64,000 bases of DNA, taken from assembly GCA_039621445.1 (NCBI GenBank), contig CP154954.1:31396012-31460011 (forward strand), in the 5' to 3' direction. Both the position numbers and the translations under genes were made by a program. The notes beneath the pieces are model-generated. The model saw only the letters and a program-made list of their open reading frames with translations. It was not told where the DNA came from and ran no database searches. This document shows positions 1 through 64,000 of the stretch, in pieces. Position 1 is the stretch's first letter; every line of letters starts with the position of its first letter. This stretch comes from Euglena gracilis. Lineage: Eukaryota.

Positions 1-339
1 CCTCCAAAGGTCCGTCAGAAGCTGAGGGGCAGCCAAGTAGGGGCTTTGTATTTAAATCGTCAAGCCAAGGAGGAAGAGGGACCTGGCCTTTCTGGATAGA
101 AAGGGGCGGATAGTGCTTCGGATTTTGAAGAAAATGCCAGATTTGCCCCAAAAGTCGCAGAGCTGGCGAAGGTGGCCGGGGGCGTCCGGAAAGAGGACAG
201 TTATCGCCGGTGCTTGATTGCGATTTTCGGTGCTTTTCCCCCCATTGGGCTGTTGGTTTTCTCCCCATACTCTAAAGGGCGTCGTACTCCCTTGAGGAAT
301 AACCCACCATGGGGGAGGGGGCATCAATGCGAGTTTCTG

Positions 340-900
340 GTGCGGTGGTTCGGAGTCCCTGCTTGGTGCCTTTTTCGCCGGAGTTGGCTGATGATGATTT
401 TTGCTCTTCGACAAAAGAAAACCTCGCCAGCGAACAAGGCATGGCCTCACAAGGACAAAGTGCGGAGCCCCGGGTGTCGCCATTGGCGCGGATTTGTGGT
501 TGCTTCATGCCAAGATATCGTACTCCCTCGAGGACAACCGACCAGGGAGGAAGGGACACCGAGTGCTAAGCACAAAGACCTTGTGAGGCCATGCCTTGCT
601 CGCCAGCGGTGTTGTTTGGATTGTTTGCTGCGTTGGGCTAGGAGTCCCTTCTTAGTGCCGCCTCGCCAGAGTTGGCTGACGATGATGCTCCGACTTGGCG
701 ACGTGACTTCTGGCCCCTGGCCCCCCCCTGGCACACATTTTCTGACCGAGGGCTTTTGAAGACAAATTTTCTTTTACGGGTGGGGGGGTCGGGCTCACAA
801 GGTCTTTGTGCTTCGCCCTCGGTGTCCCTTCCTCCCTGGTCAGTTGTCCTCGAGGGAGTATGAGACACCTCGGGCTCCGCACTTTGCCCATGTGAGGCCG
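340..900. repeat. Complex inverted and direct repeats at the 3' end of the DIRS-like element
   Basis: 442-590 is the reverse complement of about 793-900; 348-395 recurs directly at 636-685; related copy at 6010-6138. Confidence 0.75.
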
Positions 901-1842
901 GATTGTGCACTGAAATTATGGGAGCCAGGGCATTTTCCAGGGCACCTTGGACACCAAATCGTTGATAATGGGCTGCAAAATCCTCCACCCCCTTCCACTG
1001 TCCATTCTCGTAAACTTCTTGGGCCAAAAGGCCCAATTTTTTGAGTAAACCAACTCCTGCTCCTCTGGTGGAGTGTGCCCCACACACCTGGGGGGGTACC
1101 CCCTGTTTGGCCAAAAATCTTTTGTGATAGAATCCACGGTGTCTGCACTTATGGCCCTGAAGGGGGGTTTTAATGGTATCAGAAGGGGGCCCCCCGGTCT
1201 GACGAATGAACGTGTGGCAGCAACATAGGACATAATTAAATGAAAGGGGCTTATTTGTGGACATTGGGGAATGGACACGACCCTTACCCACTTGTGAAAC
1301 TTCTGGCCTTTACGCTTAATTTTTATATGGGGTGCCCTACCCAACACACTGGTGGTTCGTTTGACTTGTGCCAAGTCAGAGGATCTGTATAAACAGAGGT
1401 TTCGTGAGCAAAAAATAAGTTGTGTAGGTAATGTAGAAATATCAGTGGGCATAGGGGCCTTGGCCAGCCCCAAGAGGATTGGGAGGGGATCCAAAAATGC
1501 CCCGTACTTCTCCAGATTTTTGTTTCAAAGCCTCTTGTAAGGTGTAAACAGCGTGTGGAATCTTAGACCACCAAACCCAGGAATCCAAAGCATTGCACTA
1601 TATGAATTACGGGCTTGGGCCTTGGAAAACTGGAATAATTGTATTAAAGCGTCAGCCACTTGGTCTGTGGTGGATTCGGGGCGGGGCACCCCCATTTGCT
1701 CCAAAATTACCCACAGAAGTGCAAAAGCACTCTGATAACGTTTTAAACTGGGGTTTCTCCCCAAGAAATCATCAATGATTTTAACCTGAATTTGTTTCCC
1801 CTCCAATATTTGCCTGTACAAATCATGCAAAGAAGGGGCCAC
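638..1842 (-). pseudogene. Disrupted tyrosine recombinase of a DIRS-like retrotransposon
   Basis: Consecutive frameshifted ORFs carry YR motifs in order: LYRSSDL (R), KRK (K), HSTRGAG (HxxR), GQW, FAAHY (Y); broken by a stop and a frameshift. Confidence 0.75.
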
Positions 1843-4800
1843 CTGGGGGGGGGGGTGGCATTTGAAGGTACGTCCCCTGACTCTATCCCCACTGCCTGTC
1901 GGCCTAGTTAGACCCTCCCGTGTGAACAGAACCAGGAGAGTAACAAAAAAGAAAGTCTTTCACTTAACTATTAGTTTTTATTGCCTTTGGGCTTATGCAG
2001 AGCAAAAGGCAAACCAGTTGGGATTTCGGAACTTCAGTTCCAGTTGTGTTCTCCTATCGGAGTTCAAATCTTCAAATGGTTGATTTGCCCTTTTGGGCTA
2101 ATGAAACATAAAGCAAAAGAATACGAATACCATCTGTGAAAAGAGAATGCAGATCCGAGATAGGATAGGCTATTACTAATTCTGCAATTTGTGTTGCAGA
2201 ACATGGAGTAGTACTATCTAGCATGACATTGTACATTCTGCAGTCTGCTTTTATGCACAGTGCCATGTTCATGCTGCCTGGTACACATCCCCCTCCCAGG
2301 GCTTCGCCCGATTTCCTTACTGGACCAGGCCAGCAAGGATTCAAGCAGAGCTCTCAGACTGAGGAATGTACACCAGAACCGCACGTCTTGGGTCTGCTTC
2401 TCCATCACAAGCTCAAAAACCAGAAACGAAGGAAGGGAGGGGAACCCAAAAACCCAAAAACGCTCAAAAGAGGTTATCCGCTTATGCGGTTACCTACTTA
2501 TTGTGGTAAAGGGGTGGAAGTGGAAGAGCCCGCTTTGAAAGTGGGGCTGGAAGTTTTTCACTCCAGAAAATCCCATCCACCCGGTTAGGGGTGTGCCTAT
2601 GGCACGCAGGGAGGTCTCATTCCACAATCGGAAAAGATTGCAGAGGTGGGGTGTGGAAAGATGGGCACCTGGCCAGTCATACCAGACCAGGGAAGACAGC
2701 CTATTTAAAAACCAACTGTCGGCGACAGCGATTTTGCCCAGGGGGAGAAAGAGGAAGGGAGTGGGGGGCTGGTCAAAAGACCTTAGGCAGAATTTTGCTG
2801 TCAGGCAGTCGTATGGGACTTAAGGCCGAAAATAACAAGTTGAGGCTATTATTGCGGTGTGCGCGCTGTACGCTGTGCGTCTTCTTACTGGCGGCATATA
2901 CCGCGAGTGAGGGCTTCACAGTGCTGCGCGGACACGGCGTTGGCGATGTGGTATCCCCAGAGGCTTATACCTCGATAAAAGGGGAGGCAGCCCAAAAGAG
3001 AGGGGGATAAAAAAAATGCTAATTACACATTTTGGCAGGTGTGCCTGAGGTGGATACTGCATACAGCGCCTATAGGCCTAAGGTGTCATCACAAGGTCCA
3101 TAGACCTGGGCCTGTAGGCCTGGGGTGTCTATAAGGGTACGAGTACACATATTGTGCAGAAAAAAATGGAAATAATCACATCTTGCGTGAGTGACTGAAA
3201 AATCTTCAATCACATACAAAAGTAAACGATTCTTCCGCTAAAATACAGTTGAAAAAGTGCCTATACAGCTCCAAATCGGGTTGAATCTTCAGAGAGGGGT
3301 CTGTCACCAGTGACATTGTGATCTGTTACGCAATTGGCGATATATCCTGGGAAATTATCGAACACTGCAGCAAAATATTCGAAGAATACATAGCGAGTGA
3401 TTCGCTGTAAGCAAAACTGTGGGTAATCCGCACACAATTTCCCAAATATGGGGCTTCAAAAACCGGATTTCACTATATTGGAGATGTTGGTCATATCAAC
3501 CTTGCAGAATTACACCATTTGGTGTTGCAGATTATGACCGTTCGGTCTTCCGATTTACATCGGGATTAGGGGTATTACTTCGGAAATACTGTATTCAACA
3601 CCGACAAGGAAAGAGAAATTGCGGGAAATAATTGCAAAGAGCAACACAAACTGTAACTTGGTGGCTATGCCACTAATGCAAACAGACTGTTGTCAAACTT
3701 TGACAAATCCCTGTCAGGATTCAGGGGTATGAAACACATTCTGCATCGAGAAATACATTTTTTTTGTGAAATCTGCACCATTATCGGCGTTTTTGTCATT
3801 AAAAAGTGCAGCTTTTGAAAGTTTCCGCACATGGTGCTGCAGAGGGTGCTTGTGGAGCATGGTTCATACGCTGCGTATGCCCAGTTTGCACTAAAGGCAT
3901 GGGTTTTTGGTGTCTAATAACACCACTTCAACCAAAAACACGCTGAAATGTGCAAAACATGTGCAATTTGTTGCGGAAAGCGTAAATACGCTTTTAAATG
4001 TATATTTGCAATGTCTATGACATTTGTTAGCAAGTGAACAATTGCCAATATCAGCATTTGGTTGTACAAAAAATGCTGTCATAAGGCCTTAAGTTGTCTC
4101 CCATTTGGGATGTGTTTGACAACATGGCAAGTGTAAGAAAACCGAAAAATATTGCAAAAAAATCAGAATTTTGCACATAAGCGCACCTGAAAACTTAGTC
4201 TGTAAGCTCAAATTCAGTGGAAATGTGGACTATGCCCCTCTGAATGCTACTAGGCCTTACAGCCTGTACAGGGGGGGGGGTGTCAGACACAATGCAGCCA
4301 GATGAATTGAAAAGTGGCCATTAGGCAATCTGTTAAACAACGGCTATTAACATGCAGAATCAATGTATAATAGTGGACAGAAGCCTTTCAGGCTGATTTC
4401 CCAGTCCGGAACCGTTGGTACAGGATGTGGCTGAGAGGGCCCAGAAATTAGGCTTCGCTAAACTTTTGCAAAGTTCCAAAGTTCCACGGAATCTGCAAAT
4501 AGGAATACCATGAAGAGTTGCTGTGATCTGATAGCATCGCTGGACGTCTGATGCGACGAGCTTTCGAATGAGGGCTAACTTGGCCTGTCGGCCAGCTACG
4601 GGCGCCGAGATACCATCTCGATTTTTCTGCTATGAAAGTGAGCCAGAGCTGTAAGCCTTCTCTATTTATTCTAGAAAGACAACTTTTGGTTTCTATCTCC
4701 TAGGCACTACTACATACAGTCAAAACCTCATGGTACGAGGTGCCAGAAATTTTGAAGCTTTGTGGTGGTTTTGAGGGTATGACAAAGTGTTACTTATGCA

Positions 4801-5562
4801 AATCTGCATAAAACTAGCCTTTTGGCTTGAAATGGCTACTTGAGCCTTTTTCCAGCATGAATTTTGGTGGTTTGTGCCTCTTTTAAGAGTATTTTGTACT
4901 TAATGGACTTTTCACTTTGCACCATTAAGTTGTGGACTTTTGGTCCTTGCATTGCCACTTGGACCATTCACTATGTGGAATGTGGTAAATAGACCTTGCC
5001 CATGGTCAAAACCACAAAGACCAAAGGGTTAGTGGTTTAAGTGTTGATTGGAAAAAGCAATATCTTCCTTAGGGGGGGGGGGCAACTATGTTAACTATGT
5101 TGCACATAAAAGAAATGAAATTTTGAGCATTTTCCCATATCGGGATTGCATTTTGCCAAAATAACAAGCCATTTAGGCGCAAAACTGCTGTTTTAGCACA
5201 AGTTGGATAAGTTTCGGGGAAAAATGCTGTATTTGCAGTGTATCCCCAAAACTCATCAGATGACTTGTGTTGCTTTGCTCTATAGAGCTTTGGGATCACC
5301 AAAATATTTTTGGTGTTGGAAAAGATGGGGCAATAAACTGTATTGACAAAAAAATTTCACTTCTTGCCTGCTGTCATCAAACAAAATCTGCAATTTGATA
5401 ATACGGAACACAAACAAACAATCATGAACACTATTGCGGAATGCCAAACACATATATTTGGGAATGATTCCGAAACGAATATGGGTGGATTGGGCGTATA
5501 CCCAGTGGCCAGAAATGCACGATAGTGCTGACATGAGATTGTGATGTATGGGGGGTGGCGCG

Positions 5563-60475
<54,913 letters not shown>

Positions 60476-63400
60476 GGGGGCAGAAGCAGAGCTCTGAATT
60501 GGAAATAGGGTCCAAAACGCTCCAGATGATGAAAGGGAGCTGAGAAGAGACTGTCCTCCAAATGAATACCCTCCGAAACCATCTCCTATACATATGGGCT
60601 GGTTGGGAAAAGGCTACCCCCCCCCTTTGTCGTTGACACGGCGTGTCATTGACACACACCCCGTGTCAACGACACTTTTCTGGAACACTACCTATTGAAT
60701 CACAGTGACATTGACATGGCGTGTCGTTGACGCACCCCCCGTGTCAACGGCACTCTCCTGGAACATTGGTGTGTCAACGACAGGGGGGGGGGAGGTACTT
60801 ACTGGCTGACCCCCCCCCGCAGGGCGGAAACGAGATCTGACCCGGGGACGACACGGGTGCCAAAAATTGGAACTGCAAAAATCCCCCCAAAAAGCTGCCA
60901 ATTATGCAAGAAGTCCATTGTTTGACCCGAAATGTATCCTGGTCAGCCCTTTTCCGACCCATCCCCCCCCCATTTTTGCACCCCCAAAAGCAAAAAAAAA
61001 AAAGAATCCGTCAAACTGCCCCTTGGACAGCTGGAAAATAGATGAAGCTCGTCAATAGGGGGGAGGTTTGGTGGGAGGCTGGAAATAGCCCCCCCCCCCC
61101 TCTGGTGGGGATGGGGTGTCCTCCGGCCAAAGCGACACACAGCACCAGAAATCCTGACAACTTCCTGCTGTGACAGGTTGGACGGTACCAGGGACCACAC
61201 ATGGATAACTTGTCAAGTTCCCTCCAGGGTCACTCTGGGAAAAGGTTGAACACAAGCATTTTGAAACACCAAAAAAAGCCTTAAACTTTGGCAACAGAAA
61301 TCGTGTGTTTGCGGTCCGTTTTCATGTAGACCTTTGTGTTGTTGGTCAGACATGTAAATCAGGTGTTCGACGAAGGGGTTGACATCACTCTGTTTTTTTA
61401 ACAGTGAACAATTTTTTTTATTTGACAGATGGATGCAGGATGTGCAACAAAGTATAAAACAAATGAAACGTGAATGCTGACACCCAATTATGCGATGTAT
61501 TTCTGAGAAGCGAAAAATCGACTCACAGACGAGGATGTATGAACGCCGAGATGACTGATGCACTAGTGCAATTGCACACAGAAAATTGTGCAAATGAGTT
61601 CCGTTTATTTCTTTTCTGTGCCTCCATAGTTTCGTTCCCCTTGTTACCCCAAGGTACCAAGGCACGAAAAAAGTGGCAGAATCTCCCCCCCCCAAATTCC
61701 CTGCATAACTGTTCTTTTGGCCACTGCGTGACTTGAAAAGAACTGCAGGGAGGGGAAGAAACATAACAACACAATACAATCATCACCAGGGAACACACGT
61801 CCCAAACGTATGGCCTGTGTATATAATAAACAGTGATGAAGCGAAACACGCTGTGCGTTGAGTTGCGTTTGTTGCAGCCTTAAACTACTGCCCTTGGGGG
61901 GTCCCAGTAAATGAACGATCGGGGGGACTAGACCACCTGGCGTTCTTCACAACAGGGCCTGAATTCGGTTTGTTCTCACTTCCCCAAACAAATGTGTGAT
62001 ACAGCATCCCCACTCCTTAGGGTTTTGGTTGATTGTGAGGGATGGGGTTATGTTTAGGGTCTGGACTGGGGTTTGGGTTAGAATTTAGGTCAGTGGGCCT
62101 GGATGCAGGCTACATTTAAAATTAAGTAAGTCCAAAATGAGGCCCAATTTCGGCATAACTCCCTAACCTCCCAACTTTGGCCAAACCCCAGCCCACACAG
62201 ATTTCTTAACGGCAACAACAACTTTGCTTAAAAATACAGAATTCCTCAAAATATGCTGACGTTAGACGATGGACCCCACATTAAACCACAGGACCCCGAG
62301 GGGCTCAGAACCCCCCCACCCCCCGAAAACGGCAGAGTCGGACAGTGGGAAAAATGCACAAAACGGCCATCTGGCCCGAAAAACGGCCGTATCTCGGGCT
62401 AGGCGGGGAGTTGCAGGAAATCAAAATACCAGTAGATGGGGCGTTCCAAGGGCTGCAATTTGGGTCTGCGGACATTTCCTTTGATTTGGCTTCATTTTGG
62501 AGATATTTTGAAAATTGACATTTTTTGGCCGAAATGGCAGAGTCCAAAGGGGCTTAAAAACGGGGTGGGCCGATCCTACCCAGTTTGGACTCCTTCGTGC
62601 GTGCATATTTCGGGCCTGGCGGGGAGTTGGGGGTCAAACCCAGGTGATTCGGAAACTAGAAATCCAGTCGCTCGCGACTGGAAAAAAAAATCCGGGAACC
62701 GGGCCGGGATCATGGTGATAATCCGTCGGTTCTCCTGGTGGCCCCGATCCGAGGGGGGGGGGTCGAGGGGGGGTTTTCGCCAGGTGTAAGCTTCACTCTT
62801 ACCCATAAAGGGACAAGAGCTCAGCGGCCCCCCCCTATGTCCAACCACCAGTTGCCCCTGTCCTCCAACCGGGGGGGGGGGGGTGTCGTTGCACATAGGG
62901 TTCTGGCCAAAAGGGTGACAACCAACCGGGGGTCGGTTGTTGGAGAAGGGGTCTAAAAAAAAGTTGGGGGGCACCCGGGACCTCCAAATAAAATCAAATT
63001 TTCCTTCTGCTCTTTGCGCCGAAAATTTGGGCAACTTAATGGCTTGCCCAAATAAGTGCCAAGGTTGGCATTTTGCCAATTTTGGGCCTATTTTGTGCAC
63101 AAAAGTTTTCGGCCCAGCGCTTTGCACCGGGCCAAACCTCCAAAAAGGTGCCCTCTGACCGGGGGGGGGGGTCGTTCGACATCGGGGGGAGGGGGGTGTT
63201 GGACGTTGAGGGGGGGGATAGTTTAAGGGTGCCGCTTCAGTTTCGGCGTTTCGCAAAACCAGACAAACAAACAACCAAAATGACGATTCAATTTGCCATC
63301 TACCAACCAAATAAAGAAAAGCAGGCTGAAAACAGGGAGGCCAGTTGAGTGATTCCCCCAACAAAAGATTTGGCAAGGAGCAGGGGGGGGGGATTGAATC

Positions 63401-64000
63401 AGAGGTATTAGGAAAAAATGCGGGTAAATCGTGGGAAACTTGCAGGAATTGCAGTTTTGGGGATTGGTGCACTTTTGCTGCAGGTCTCAGAAAAATTTCA
63501 CACATTTGGCCATTTTGCAACATAGGTGTAATTTTTGGACTGTTATTCACATTTTTTTCCAACAGAAAGGCCCAAAAAAGTGACTTTTGTAATTATGGGA
63601 ACATGCTGATTCTGGAAATATGGAACTTCTTGGGTGAAGAATCCAAAAATGGCAAAAAAAAATGACAAGAGCATTGTTATCAAGTAAAATCTGGTCAGGA
63701 TGCAAAATTTTCTGAGTCCGAAATTATTTCCAAGAAAAAATCGGGGAACACACTGCCAAAAATTTACCAAAATTTGTCAAATTTTGGCAAACTTGCAACA
63801 AAATAGCAAAAAAGCACCTGGATGCTCTTGTGAAACGATCGAAAAATGACAAGAACTCGTTTACCCTGCATTTCAGGTTTGTGCAAAAAAAAAATTGAAG
63901 AAAAGGGGGGAAATTGTGGGAAAATTGCAGAAAACTTGTGGAAATTGCGGAGAAATTGCGGAGAAACTGCAGGAAAAATGTGAATATCAATCCTCCCCTG

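Noticed and set aside
3010-5500. AT-rich stretch between the DIRS-like element and the gene end
   Set aside because: No supportable ORF, RNA gene or repeat boundaries seen

Overview
Eukaryotic genomic DNA, very probably euglenid (Euglena-like); this is inferred from the intron architecture. About 55 kb of the window (5563-60475) is the 3' part of one giant minus-strand gene whose 5' end lies beyond position 64000. I assembled it by hand into about 38 exons, and the reading frame is consistent across every junction (about 2,600 aa in the window). It encodes roughly 2,000 aa of Thr-Pro-Ser-Ala (TPSA/TPTA) mucin-like stalk followed by roughly 600 aa of non-repetitive C-terminal sequence. About 23 of the 37 introns lack GT-AG. 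They are euglenid-type nonconventional introns whose ends base-pair in a fixed register (+4..+6 CAG with -8..-6 CTG); the other 14 or so are GT-AG. The stalk has grown by duplication of exon-plus-intron units, leaving an array of mostly phase-0 exons with near-interchangeable donor and acceptor stems. The introns are packed with TIR elements (several CAG...CTG elements with 8-bp TSDs, a deleted hAT with a TTF-type zinc finger) and microsatellites. A decayed DIRS-like tyrosine-recombinase element occupies the left end. All boundaries were read by eye and need transcript confirmation.
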